From positions 871-64,870 of the IMG/VR virus record IMGVR_UViG_3300019874_000004: a stretch of 64,000 nt of DNA. One strand, given 5' to 3'. This document shows, piece by piece, positions 43,692-53,884 of the stretch. Made by a program: the position numbers and the translations under genes. A model generated the notes under the pieces. That model searched no databases. It saw only the letters and a program-made list of their open reading frames with translations, and was not told the DNA's origin. Within the stretch, counting starts at the first letter, position 1. Each line of letters opens with the position of its first letter. Source of the DNA: a virus (lineage: Duplodnaviria; Caudoviricetes).

Positions 43692-44192
43692 ATGTCTGAG
43701 GGGCCGGACCCCACCGTATTAACGACTGAACAGCTCCTGCGTGAGGTTGAACGGGTCAAAGAACTGATGATATCTGAGCTCAAAGGCATGAATGCTGTGT
43801 TTGAAGAGCGGTTTAACTCCATAGGAACACAGCTTGCTCTGATAGAAAGACAGCGAATAGAGCAGAAAGAGGACACTGCAACTGCTGTGCAGGCAGCTCT
43901 TAGTGCTGCAAAAGAGGCTGTCAAGGAGCAGACAACTGCTTCTGAGAAGTCGATTACCAAGACTGAAACGGCCACCAGTGAGCAATTAAGGCAGCTCTCT
44001 ACCACCTTCACAACTGCACAGGATGCGGTTGCTGACAAGGTCGACGACATTAAGACCAGAGTAGAGCGCATTGAGAACCTAAAACAGGGCAGCAAAGATG
44101 CAGTGACAGGTGCACAAGCAGGCATTGCGCTGCTGCTCGCGCTTCTGGCAATAGCGGGTATCCTCGCTGGGACGGGGGTATTTACTAGATAG
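43692..44192 (+). CDS. Coiled-coil protein with C-terminal TM helix
   Basis: Long heptad-rich helix and GIALLLALLAIAGILAG. Confidence 0.7.
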   Translation: MSEGPDPTVLTTEQLLREVERVKELMISELKGMNAVFEERFNSIGTQLALIERQRIEQKEDTATAVQAALSAAKEAVKEQTTASEKSITKTETATSEQLRQLSTTFTTAQDAVADKVDDIKTRVERIENLKQGSKDAVTGAQAGIALLLALLAIAGILAGTGVFTR

Positions 44193-44519
44193 AGAGGCCA
44201 TGTCGTGAATTATTGGGACGTCGGGGCACGTGCTTGGTTGCTGGTGGCAATCATAACGTGCTGTCCCTGGGACCTGCTGCCAGCAGCAGTGATGGGGTGG
44301 ATGCTGTATGACAGAGGATGAAGTGGCGATTCTGGCTCAATTCAAAGAGTCAGGGCGCTGGGAGTATCATGCTGGTTCATTTGGCGGGATGCTGATGGGC
44401 CCAGAAATCCTTGCAATGACGCAAGAGGAACGTGATGCCATGGTGCGAATGATCCGCTATGGATGGAAGATGCTGGAGGACCACTCATGGTTCAAGGCAT
44501 TCAAGCAGAAAGGGAAGAC

Positions 44520-44954
44520 ATGAAAGACCATACAATGTTCCTGGGGTCAATGGTAGCGACGTTTGGCCTACTCTTCACCGCAGCCAGCTGTGCAATGCCA
44601 AGCAGCGATGCAAATGGCAAGCACACAGAGACAGTGACGGTTGCTGTGCCAACAGGAAGCACAACAGGAAGCACAACAACAAGCACAACAACAAGCAGCA
44701 AAGCCAAGGTGCCTGCCAAGGTTGTAGTGGGCTATGGTCAGGGCACCTATCTGATCCCAGAAGACATGAAGCCAGGGGTATATCGGAGCAAGGGCGGCGA
44801 CCTGTGCTACTGGGAGCGGCAGCGTGATGGGGAGGGCGGCCTGAACAGCATTATCTCCAATGATGCCAGCAGTGGGCCGCAGGTGGTCACTATCAAGAAA
44901 ACAGACTGGGCCTTCAAAACGTCTGGCTGCTCAAGGTGGGTGCTGAAGAAATGA
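44520..44954 (+). CDS. Lipoprotein with actinobacterial secreted domain
   Basis: Signal peptide with TAASC lipobox-like site, S/T linker, GQGTY..PGVY..CYWER..IISN..VTI..FKTSGC..W. Confidence 0.75.
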   Translation: MKDHTMFLGSMVATFGLLFTAASCAMPSSDANGKHTETVTVAVPTGSTTGSTTTSTTTSSKAKVPAKVVVGYGQGTYLIPEDMKPGVYRSKGGDLCYWERQRDGEGGLNSIISNDASSGPQVVTIKKTDWAFKTSGCSRWVLKK

Positions 44955-45201
44955 GCTTCATCCGAGTCACCAAGCACACGCCTGAACATGGTATGCGTGA
45001 ATACTACATCGACATTGACCAGATCGCCATGGTGAACACAGGCCAGATGGCAGAGCATGATCCAGACATCACTGTGAAGCAGCAGCCACGGCGCGCGGAT
45101 GAGGGCGTGATCTGGCTTAAGGGCAGCCAGGTGTTCGTGGCCTGTGACCAAACAACCACCCAGATCATGCAAATGCTCGATGGCCTAAAGAGGGCAGCAA
45201 A

Positions 45202-45825
45202 ATGATGCTATCATGTCACGGCACTATCCAGGAGAACGGCGAGCCCTACACCATCAGGCAGTGCATCGGGGAGGCGGTCGGCCTTGCCAGCATGTGCTGG
45301 AAACCAGCGCCGGACGCAGTGTTTGATAGCGAGATGGCCAGCAGGATCGTGGATGAGGTGCTCGCCAATATCGACGCCTACGTCGACGAGAGAATCCAGC
45401 AGCACAAAGAGTCGCAGATAGCAAAGGCTGAAGCTACTGCGATGCGGCCCGGCCAGGAGAACGTCATGACGCCGCCGCGAGACAGCAATTACGGGAACCC
45501 GTCCCCCATCCACCGCAGGCACCGCGACGATCCCGGCTACGAGGACAAGCCCACAATTAACCGTGCTGTTGCGCACCCAGTAGAGACCTGCACCTGTGCG
45601 CTCTGCACAAAGTCCCGCAACGGCTACTCGGGCATCCCAATGGACGGTGACCGGCGCGATGCGATTGAAATGGAGAATCTCACAGAGCCGTTTCCTGTGC
45701 CGCCGATGTACAAGTGCGATGACTGCGGTGCGCAATATGACGCGCGCACGCAGTACATTAGCTGCCCGCATGATGATCATCCCCTCCTCAAGCGACGCCC
45801 GATTAAGGACAACCCACAGGCATGA
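45202..45825 (+). CDS. Hypothetical protein with Zn-ribbon motifs
   Basis: CTCALC and YKCDDCG..C..H. Confidence 0.55.
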   Translation: MMLSCHGTIQENGEPYTIRQCIGEAVGLASMCWKPAPDAVFDSEMASRIVDEVLANIDAYVDERIQQHKESQIAKAEATAMRPGQENVMTPPRDSNYGNPSPIHRRHRDDPGYEDKPTINRAVAHPVETCTCALCTKSRNGYSGIPMDGDRRDAIEMENLTEPFPVPPMYKCDDCGAQYDARTQYISCPHDDHPLLKRRPIKDNPQA

Positions 45826-46415
45826 TCCCCAGGGGAACAGAAGAGAAACCACTTTATGCAAAGGTAAAGCAGGAGCCTGGGCACCTATTCATGGTAACAG
45901 TAGATGCGGGCTGGATGTCTACTGTTTTGTGCAGTGACATGTATGAGCATGTCGCCGATTGGCTTGTGGAACAACTACAAGGGAAGCCATTCCCGGTAAG
46001 CTAGAGATGTGCGGGGGCCAGGGCGAGTTCTGACTGGGATGCAGGCCTGGCCCCCATGGAGATTGGAGCAATATGTCATACGCATTTCAGGTTCGCAAGG
46101 AAGACGACAAGCTGGTAATCGACCTGGCTGGGGCGCAGCTAGAGCAGGTCCTGAAGCAGATCCCGGACGGCGCTATCTACATTATCAGTGGCCACACACC
46201 TGGCCCGGAAACGTCCTCTGTCTCGCACCTACAGGTGAATCTGCTGGTTTCGTTGAAAAAGGACCCCGGGGCTGCCTATGGCACCCAGAAGCTCATAGCG
46301 TCGGCGGCTGCGTCCTATAACACAGAGGGGTAATGGCAGGCCGGAAATGTGGGCCTGTCTACTACCCGGTAGCAGACCCCTGCAAGAGAGTTATTCCTGC
46401 ATTGAGGTGGGTGCG

Positions 46416-46709
46416 ATGGTTATTGTCCTGATACGGATCTACCAGCGCTGGTTCTCCCGCTTCACCCCCAAATGTCAGCAGAATCCCAGCTGTAGCGAAT
46501 ATGCTAAGCAGATGATTAGGCGCTATGGATGGCGTGCTGGATTGCTGTTAACAATAGACAGAATGGAAGTGCCCCATGCTGCAGCCGGAGTACGACAATG
46601 TCCTGAAGGATGTTACTACTGCGCTGAAGAAATACCTCACGACAGACGGCCACCCTCAACCCTCTACGGCCCTTACTATCAAAGCCCTTGGGATGAATGG
46701 GCAGATTGA
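46416..46709 (+). CDS. YidD (membrane protein insertion efficiency factor)-like protein
   Basis: LIRIYQRWFS..KC..PSCSEYA..IRRYG..G..L..DR matches the YidD pattern; the third Cys motif (RCHP) is absent. Confidence 0.65.
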   Translation: MVIVLIRIYQRWFSRFTPKCQQNPSCSEYAKQMIRRYGWRAGLLLTIDRMEVPHAAAGVRQCPEGCYYCAEEIPHDRRPPSTLYGPYYQSPWDEWAD

Positions 46710-47907
46710 GCTCAGCTGGGTTACTGACCCGCTGCGGACCGTCCTCTCGCAGACTACCGGCCGTGACGGCGTGGATGCGAATGGCTTTGGAGTCTGGACT
46801 GGACCAGAGTCCGTCAACATCCGCAAGCGCGTGTTCTTGAATCTTGTCAACGGCACGAAGTACAATGTCAAGGTGACTGTCGTCTATACCGACGGCACCA
46901 GCGATACAGTGACAGGGGTGGCTACACCCCTGGCAGTTGTAGTGATTCCACCGGTCGACCCGCCTACCAATACCGGAGACCGGCGCATTCCACTCGTAGG
47001 TGTGAGTGGTCTGAAGTTCAACTCTCTGATATTCAAGGGCGGCTCTCCGAATCTGGCCCGTCTGAAGGCCGCCGGGACATTCCGTGGCCGGGCCTATGAT
47101 GGGGAAATGTTCTTCCTGAGCCGGGGCAGCTGGTCAGATTTCCAGAGTAGCTGGGGCGATAGCAAGCTCATGCTGGATGCCGGGCTTCTGGTTGTTGCGC
47201 GTATGCCGCATGCGCCCGAAGGCCTGGGTAAGAACATCAACCAGGACGGCTTTGTGAATAAGTTCGCCGCTGAGCAGAGAGCGTTCGGGGCTTGGCTGGT
47301 TAAGTCCGGAATGAACAAGCCAAACCTGGTCCTGTCTGTTGACTGGGAGTTCAATGGGGATTGGTATAACTGGTCTGGTAACTATGGTGGGCCGCTCAAC
47401 CTGAAAATCGCAATTGCCAATTTCGTTGTGAATGTCAGGTTGGGTGGTGCTACTGAGGTCAAGTTTGATATGTGCATGAACAAGGGGCCCAGCCAGACCG
47501 GACATGATCTGGACTGCTTCCCTGGAGAGGCATATATCGACTCGCTCTCTGTCGACTGGTATGACCAGTGGAATCCCATCTTTACCCCTGGAGATATGGC
47601 GCGCGAGTTGGCTAAGTCCCCCTCTCCGCAGTCAATTCGGGACTTCGTGCGCAAGGACGGCAAGGGGGTGATGCATGGATTGAGCGAGGGCGGAAACACC
47701 AACCCGAAGGATGCCAATCACGGGGGTGCAAACCCTGCGTACTGGGAGAATGTTGGGGCTTGGTACAATGATCCGAAGAACAACGTGGACTGCAGCTGGC
47801 ACGTTACGTACGACCATGCGGGCGATCCCCCGACGCTACATCATGAGCTGGCTTACAATGCTGCGGCTCTGTCGTCCTACAAGAAGTATTTTGGAGATGC
47901 TGGCTGA
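46576..47907 (+). CDS. FN3 domain plus glycoside hydrolase family 26
   Basis: GQIELSW..LVNGTKYNVKV FN3; WEFNGDWYNW (acid/base Glu), FPGEAYID..VDWYD, LSEGG (nucleophile Glu). Confidence 0.85.
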   Translation: MLQPEYDNVLKDVTTALKKYLTTDGHPQPSTALTIKALGMNGQIELSWVTDPLRTVLSQTTGRDGVDANGFGVWTGPESVNIRKRVFLNLVNGTKYNVKVTVVYTDGTSDTVTGVATPLAVVVIPPVDPPTNTGDRRIPLVGVSGLKFNSLIFKGGSPNLARLKAAGTFRGRAYDGEMFFLSRGSWSDFQSSWGDSKLMLDAGLLVVARMPHAPEGLGKNINQDGFVNKFAAEQRAFGAWLVKSGMNKPNLVLSVDWEFNGDWYNWSGNYGGPLNLKIAIANFVVNVRLGGATEVKFDMCMNKGPSQTGHDLDCFPGEAYIDSLSVDWYDQWNPIFTPGDMARELAKSPSPQSIRDFVRKDGKGVMHGLSEGGNTNPKDANHGGANPAYWENVGAWYNDPKNNVDCSWHVTYDHAGDPPTLHHELAYNAAALSSYKKYFGDAG

Positions 47908-48223
47908 GTACTCAGACAAGCCAGATTTCCCAGAGCGTTGAGGGGTATTCTAGCCATCGTCATTGGGATAGCCACGGCCGAGGTTGTCTTGTTATATTAC
48001 TGCGTGAGATACGGGAGGCAAAAATAAGATGTTGCGCGTCGCTCTGGCTGTGTTGCGCCATGTAGTACCGCATAACGCCAAGGGATATCCCCGGTTTGAG
48101 AATCAGGTGCAATCATGTGATGATTGCGACTCTCAATGGGTCGCAGAGTTCTGCTCTCTTACCGGGTATTTAGAATGGCGCAAGATCGCCTAGCGGCGTT
48201 GGCATCGCATTGCGGTGCCAGGC

Positions 48224-48229
48224 TATACT
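48224..48229 (+). promoter_or_regulatory. -10 element of a probable leaderless promoter
   Basis: TATACT 6 nt before ATG 48236. Confidence 0.55.
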
Positions 48230-48235
48230 TACCGT

Positions 48236-48595
48236 ATGGCCGGGACAAGAGCATATGTTCGTGGGTCTAACGGCCGGTTCGCCGGTAAGGGTCCAGGGAC
48301 TCAGGTAACTCAAGGTAGGGCAGGAGGGTTCGCAAACGGAGCCTTTCGAGCCCGAGTGGCGCAAGGACGTTTGGCCGGTGTCAGATCCCCCAGCGGGAAG
48401 GCACCGGCCTCTCGCGGTTCTAGAGTCAAGCGCACCATCAGCGCTGCAGCGCACAATAGGAAGGTACAGGCTGTAGCTCTAGCGAGCGCGGGTGGCCTCG
48501 CAGCCCACAAGATCTCAAAGCAGCCAGGTATTGTACCGACTGTGAAGAAACTAGCTGCAGCCGCAACAGGCGGCGGCACCAAGAAGAGGAGCTGA
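48236..48595 (+). CDS. Basic Gly/Arg-rich protein
   Basis: MAGTRAYVRGSNGRFAG.. Confidence 0.6.
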   Translation: MAGTRAYVRGSNGRFAGKGPGTQVTQGRAGGFANGAFRARVAQGRLAGVRSPSGKAPASRGSRVKRTISAAAHNRKVQAVALASAGGLAAHKISKQPGIVPTVKKLAAAATGGGTKKRS

Positions 48596-48596
48596 C

Positions 48597-48824
48597 ATGG
48601 CTACTGCAAGCAGCGATGACGTGGCCGGCACGCAGGTGTCGGGCTCAACCAACATTACAGGCGGCACCGATCACATCAATGGGGCCGTTGCGACGTTCGC
48701 CGATGACATCGCCAGCATCAATGCGGCCCGACAGAACGCCCTTACAATCCCAGACGACAAGGGCAAGAAGAATGGCTACTGGGGCAAGATCGTGGGAGGC
48801 AAGACAACTGATGGAGGGTTCTAA
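48597..48824 (+). CDS. Small hypothetical (virion-associated?) protein
   Basis: RBS; coupled operon. Confidence 0.55.
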   Translation: MATASSDDVAGTQVSGSTNITGGTDHINGAVATFADDIASINAARQNALTIPDDKGKKNGYWGKIVGGKTTDGGF

Positions 48825-48978
48825 CATGCCAAATACATTTGGCATCGCCTTCACTGCGGACGCTACGGTGATTAAGGCCAAGGACATTCCCAAGAAGGCA
48901 AAGCGCGGCCCGGTCTCCTCTGCGCAGGGCCAAGACCAAGACACCAATATTGAACCACGCCAAGAAGAGGACAAGTAA

Positions 48979-49350
48979 ATGACTGTAGGCATTGCGGCCG
49001 CATCGGCCAACAGCGCCCTAAATACCCTGATGGATAGCAGCTTCATAAAGCTGCACACCGGAGATCCAACTTCAGCAGGAGCCGGTGCTCCATCTGGTGA
49101 GACCACACGTAAGGCTGCGACCTTCAACACTGCTTCGGCCGGGAGCAAGACTCTCAACGGCGCGCTGACTTGGACGTCTTGGCTGGTTGGAAACAACGGC
49201 GAAGTCATCAGTCATATCTCTGCTTGGTCTGCGTCCACTGCAGGCACATTCTGGTTCTCGGCCGCCCTCACGACTGCCAAGACCATGAATACCGGCGATA
49301 CGCTCTCTCTCAACAGCATCACTGGTTCAATCACACCAATCGCAGCATGA
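48979..49350 (+). CDS. Virion structural / decoration-type beta protein
   Basis: IKLHTGDPTSAG..TRKAATF..SHISAWSASTAGTF..GDTL motif, typical of phage fibre-associated proteins. Confidence 0.65.
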   Translation: MTVGIAAASANSALNTLMDSSFIKLHTGDPTSAGAGAPSGETTRKAATFNTASAGSKTLNGALTWTSWLVGNNGEVISHISAWSASTAGTFWFSAALTTAKTMNTGDTLSLNSITGSITPIAA

Positions 49351-49694
49351 GCAAGGTCGGGCAGCTTAAGGTGCTTGTTACTGCTCCAGGGTTGTCGGGG
49401 CAAGCCTCAAGCCAGGGTCTATTCCTCACACATCGAGTATATCTCCCTGTTGGTGCTAATCTATTGGGAGTTCCTTGGTGCTCAGTAATGGCACACTGGG
49501 AGAATGAGGAGGGGCAGACCCTAGATGATTATGGCTTCTGGACTCCAAGTTCATTCGAGGATAATGCTGCACCCAACCTGAATGATCCAAATCTGAATCA
49601 AATTAATCTTTGGTTTAGGTTTCTATCGGCTCCTGGGAATGGATCTAATCCCAGGGCTGATGGATCATTTGTGGTGGCATACTTCACCGACTGA
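49347..49694 (+). CDS. Hypothetical protein
   Basis: ATGA overlap. Confidence 0.55.
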   Translation: MSKVGQLKVLVTAPGLSGQASSQGLFLTHRVYLPVGANLLGVPWCSVMAHWENEEGQTLDDYGFWTPSSFEDNAAPNLNDPNLNQINLWFRFLSAPGNGSNPRADGSFVVAYFTD

Positions 49695-49697
49695 TGT

Positions 49698-49724
49698 CTT
49701 GGGGGCGCAAGGCCCGCCCCCAAG
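49698..49724 (+). terminator. Terminator-like hairpin
   Basis: CTTGGGGGCG-CAAGGCC-CGCCCCCAAG. Confidence 0.6.
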
Positions 49725-49754
49725 CAGTCGTTTGTAAACTATTGAGAGGCAGCA

Positions 49755-52133
49755 ATGACTGTCACATTTGGAGCAGCAGGAGCAACTGCTAGCTCCACGA
49801 CAACGACCATTAGCCCCTCATACTCTGCTCTTGGGACTATCTCTGCGGGCGATCTATTGATATGCTGGGTTGGCATGAAGCCCAGCACTGCAAATAGTGG
49901 GAGCGCCACTGCCCCAACAGGATATAGCCTGATTCGCAAAGTTACTGGCATGGGTGGTTTTGGCGCCACTCTCGGCTCTGGAACAGGGAACACAAATCTA
50001 TTCTGCTTTGCAAAAGTCGCAGATGGCACTGAGACCGGTACAATATCAATCACGCTAGCTACCAATAACGTTTCTTGGGCAGCAATAGATAGGTATGCAA
50101 AGACCCTAACAGATTGGACTGTAGACTGGGCTGACGGAGAAGATGCATCTCCTACTGGAAACACATCTATAGCACTCGGACAGAATCCAGGAATAACTGC
50201 TGGTGATTTCGTTGCTTCTGCTATGTGTATCCCCTCGAACTCAAACTCAGGCGCGTTCTTCAGTGCTGAGGCAATAACAGCTACAGGACTAAGTGGTCAA
50301 ACCACAACTGAGATTGCAGAATGCCCTGTTGCATCAGGGAATCTCATTAGCGGCGTCAGGACGAGAACATCTGGATTCACTGGAACTGCGACGTCCGTCC
50401 CGACCTTCACAGCAACAGTAGCAACAGTTGCAAACGGTCGCGGCCCAATAATTGCAATTAGAATTCGTGAGATCACTCCAGGGTCTGGCCCTACATTCCT
50501 GAACTGGACCGACACCCAAGCGCAAAGCTCTGGTAGCGCTACTGTCGCGAAGCCTTTGGGTACTAAGTCTGGGCAGCTCTTAGTCTTTATGGAGGGCTAC
50601 GACAATGACGGGGTTGGGCCGCCCACAACACCGTCAGGGTTCACGTTTGCAGGAGGATATAGCAATGGCGGCGCTGTACAGATGCAGACTGCGATCTTCT
50701 ATAAGGTAGCAGGAGGCAGCGAGCCTGACACTTATGCATGGACCGGCCTATCTGGGGCGCAGAGCAATGCAATTCTGATGAACATTGCTAATGCGACTAC
50801 CATTAGTGCAATTGCAAGCACATTGACGTCAACAGGCAGCCCACAAACGAACTTCCCAGCCCCCACACAAACCATTGCTGCTGTTGGGCAGATGTATGTT
50901 GGATTCTGGAATTACGTGACTGGAGGCGGTGCAACCGCGAGCGCACCGCCCAGCACAATGACTCCAATCGGACGTCGTGGGAATCTTGTTGAGACAACCT
51001 TCTCCTGGTCTGTTGCTGGGGTAGAGGTGCCCGGCTCTACCGGCGCCACTGGCACTCGCACCATGGTGTGTACCCCTGGTATCGGCGATGGGGAAGATAC
51101 AGTAGGCACTAGCTTCCTGATATCTGGCACCACAACGCAGAATGCAGACAGCACGCCGACCCTTACCCTTGCAATTACCGCTGCTGCTACAGAGCTAAAG
51201 CAGGCCGACTCGACCGAAGCCCTCACACTAGCAATTACAGCAGCGGCTACTGAGATAAAGCAAGCAGATAGCGCGCGATCCCTGACCCTAGCCCTCACCG
51301 CAGACGCTGTAGACATCTCGCAAGCTGCATCTGCTATTGCCCTAGCCTTTACAGGAGCTGCAAGTGCCTCAATTGCAAGGCAAGCTGCTGCATCCCAGAA
51401 CTTCGCAATTGGCATTACGGCTGCTGTCACTAGCACTCATGCTGCTGATAGCAGTATTGGGCTATCGCTGGCTCTATCCTCTGCGGCATCTATACTTAGG
51501 CAGAGTGCTAGCGCCCTGGCGCTATCACTCGGACTTACAGCAAGCGCAACGGAGATCAAGAATACAGACGCTTCGGCCGCCCTCTCGCTATCTCTGACAG
51601 CAAGTGCGAGCGTCACAAGAGTTGCATTTGCAACTATTGCGCTGAGCTTCGGCGTTATTGCGGATCTGGGCGGAACACAGACTGCGCTTAGCGCGCTAGC
51701 GATGTCCCTTCCTCTCACCGCAGACGCCACCAGGATAGAGCAAGCAGCTACAGCATTGGCCCTCTCTTGGGGCATTGTGGCAGATGCTACAGAAGTAAAG
51801 CAGGCCAGCACTAACAACCTAGGATTGGCCCTAGCCCTCTCCGCAGTAGCCACGAATATTCCGTCTGGGGGCGGGCAGATATCCCTAGGTATTGCGCTAC
51901 AAGCCTCTGCTACGGTGTCAAGGGTTGCAAATGCAAACCTTGCATTAACGGCCCCCTTCTCCGCAGGCGCAGTGCGTACTTTGATCGGCGATGCTGCATT
52001 TGAATTGATGCTAGATCTGGTGGCTGCAGGCAGCGCAAGCAGCATTGAGGATATCCTCACATCCAGGGTAGGATTAAGACTGCCGTCGCTAGTCGGCCGG
52101 GTGAGTGTTGCGCTGCCTGACGACATCATATAG
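49755..52133 (+). CDS. Fibre/spike-like virion protein with two beta-sandwich domains and about 15 tandem 20-aa repeats
   Basis: Ala/Thr/Ser-rich; repeats such as ADSTEALTLAITAAATEIKQ. Confidence 0.7.
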   Translation: MTVTFGAAGATASSTTTTISPSYSALGTISAGDLLICWVGMKPSTANSGSATAPTGYSLIRKVTGMGGFGATLGSGTGNTNLFCFAKVADGTETGTISITLATNNVSWAAIDRYAKTLTDWTVDWADGEDASPTGNTSIALGQNPGITAGDFVASAMCIPSNSNSGAFFSAEAITATGLSGQTTTEIAECPVASGNLISGVRTRTSGFTGTATSVPTFTATVATVANGRGPIIAIRIREITPGSGPTFLNWTDTQAQSSGSATVAKPLGTKSGQLLVFMEGYDNDGVGPPTTPSGFTFAGGYSNGGAVQMQTAIFYKVAGGSEPDTYAWTGLSGAQSNAILMNIANATTISAIASTLTSTGSPQTNFPAPTQTIAAVGQMYVGFWNYVTGGGATASAPPSTMTPIGRRGNLVETTFSWSVAGVEVPGSTGATGTRTMVCTPGIGDGEDTVGTSFLISGTTTQNADSTPTLTLAITAAATELKQADSTEALTLAITAAATEIKQADSARSLTLALTADAVDISQAASAIALAFTGAASASIARQAAASQNFAIGITAAVTSTHAADSSIGLSLALSSAASILRQSASALALSLGLTASATEIKNTDASAALSLSLTASASVTRVAFATIALSFGVIADLGGTQTALSALAMSLPLTADATRIEQAATALALSWGIVADATEVKQASTNNLGLALALSAVATNIPSGGGQISLGIALQASATVSRVANANLALTAPFSAGAVRTLIGDAAFELMLDLVAAGSASSIEDILTSRVGLRLPSLVGRVSVALPDDII

Positions 52134-52141
52134 GAGTTGAT

Positions 52142-52495
52142 ATGCTGTTTCCATTGGTACAGCAAATTGGTGATCCTCTGCAGGTATTCAAGATGAACGT
52201 TAGGCGCAAGTCTAAGCAGATTCTGATCATTGATTGGTTTGATGACAAGGAGCTGCTTGACCCAGGGGTAGAGATCGACGGCCTCCAGATGACCATTGTG
52301 ATCGGAGAGCGTGAGACTCCCACAGCAGAATGGGCTACTACTGCAGTAAGCAATACGACGACCTGGGATATCTCAGAGATTATGTCTGATCTGGACTTCT
52401 CTCGATACCACGGCTCCATAGTGCTGCGTGGGAGCGACATGTCAGAAAGCATTGTGCTTAAGCTGGATGTTGTCGTAGACCCGTCTTGGGATTAG
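52142..52495 (+). CDS. Hypothetical protein
   Basis: GGAG RBS; immediately before terL. Confidence 0.55.
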   Translation: MLFPLVQQIGDPLQVFKMNVRRKSKQILIIDWFDDKELLDPGVEIDGLQMTIVIGERETPTAEWATTAVSNTTTWDISEIMSDLDFSRYHGSIVLRGSDMSESIVLKLDVVVDPSWD

Positions 52496-52497
52496 CA

Positions 52498-53880
52498 ATG
52501 GCTAAAGTCCTGAGCATGAGGAAGATCTTTGAGTCAGTCGAGTATGAACCGCATATTGTGCAGAGGAGTATCCATGCCGCAGCAAGACACTCCCGCTTCA
52601 GAGTTGTTTGCGCGGGTCGTAGAACAGGGAAGAGCACTCTCGGAGGGCATGAGCTTACAGCGAAGGCTATTGCCGCTTTTTACCGCAAAGATCTCGATGC
52701 TTATACGCACCGCTCCGAGCACTGGATCGTTGGCCCTGAATATACCGACGCCGAAAAGGAATTCAGAGTTTTCTGGGGAGACCTACAGCGATTGGGAATC
52801 CCACTTGACCGACCAGGAAGCTATTACGACCCCATCGGCGGCAATATGCACGTTAAGTTATGGGGCGGTAAGTTCCAGGTACATTGCAAGTCTGCGAAAT
52901 ACCCTGGCACCCTTGTTGGAGAGGGACTAGAGTCAGTCATCCTGGCTGAGGCTGCAAAGCTTAAGCCAGTGGTGTGGTCGAAGTATCTCCGTCCCACCCT
53001 CGCAGACTATCGCGGGGATGCTCTCATGACGTCCACACCCGAGGGAAAGAACTGGTTCTATGAGATGTGGCAGGTGGGGCAGGCTCAGAGGTCTGGGTTT
53101 TGGTCTATTAGGATGCCTAGTTGGGCCAACAATATTGTCTTTCCTGAAGGACGATATGATCCTGAGATTATTTCAATGGCCGAGGGAATTACAGAAGAGA
53201 AGTTTAAGCAGGAGATCGGTGCAGAGTTTACAGAGTTTGTTGGTAGGGTATTCAAGGACTTTGACGAAGAGAGCCACGTCGCAGATCGTGGTTTTGATCC
53301 GCGTTGGCCTGTATACGTTTGTACTGACTACGGGTTTACAAACCCCAATGTTGCCTTATTCGTACAGACGGATGTTTGGGACAATGTTTGGGTTTGTGGA
53401 GAGTACTACCGAACCAATCGCACCCCTGAAGAATTCGCCAGAGATGTCTTGGAGGAGCCCACTCTAGCCCGGATGCTGCCTTACGTACGGACTTTATACC
53501 CAGACCCTGAAGACCCCGGGGCCAGCGCGACGCTCGCGGACAAATGGAATGTGCAGATTGCGGGGAATACCGGTGGCCCGCTGAAGGATAGGCTGGATCT
53601 GATTCGGAGATGGACTGGAATTGGGCCTCAGTTCATTGAATTTGAGAAAGAACACCCAGACTGGAAGCCGAAATTGATGTTTGACAGGAGCTGCGTCAAC
53701 TCAATTCGGGAATTCCAGGACTATCGCTACCCAGAAAGCAAGAGCGAAGTCAATGGGCAGGAGAATCCGCTCAAGAAAGACGACCATACGCCAGAAGCGC
53801 TAGGCCGATTCTTCGGTGGGCACTATGGGCACACTGTTTCGGGCAATAAGGCCCGTCAGAGACTCGCAAAGGTAAGGTAG
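52498..53880 (+). CDS. Terminase large subunit
   Basis: AGRRTGKS Walker A, VILAEAA, TSTPEGKNWF, TDYGFTNP, DDHTPEALG. Confidence 0.95.
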   Translation: MAKVLSMRKIFESVEYEPHIVQRSIHAAARHSRFRVVCAGRRTGKSTLGGHELTAKAIAAFYRKDLDAYTHRSEHWIVGPEYTDAEKEFRVFWGDLQRLGIPLDRPGSYYDPIGGNMHVKLWGGKFQVHCKSAKYPGTLVGEGLESVILAEAAKLKPVVWSKYLRPTLADYRGDALMTSTPEGKNWFYEMWQVGQAQRSGFWSIRMPSWANNIVFPEGRYDPEIISMAEGITEEKFKQEIGAEFTEFVGRVFKDFDEESHVADRGFDPRWPVYVCTDYGFTNPNVALFVQTDVWDNVWVCGEYYRTNRTPEEFARDVLEEPTLARMLPYVRTLYPDPEDPGASATLADKWNVQIAGNTGGPLKDRLDLIRRWTGIGPQFIEFEKEHPDWKPKLMFDRSCVNSIREFQDYRYPESKSEVNGQENPLKKDDHTPEALGRFFGGHYGHTVSGNKARQRLAKVR

Positions 53881-53884
53881 GGGA

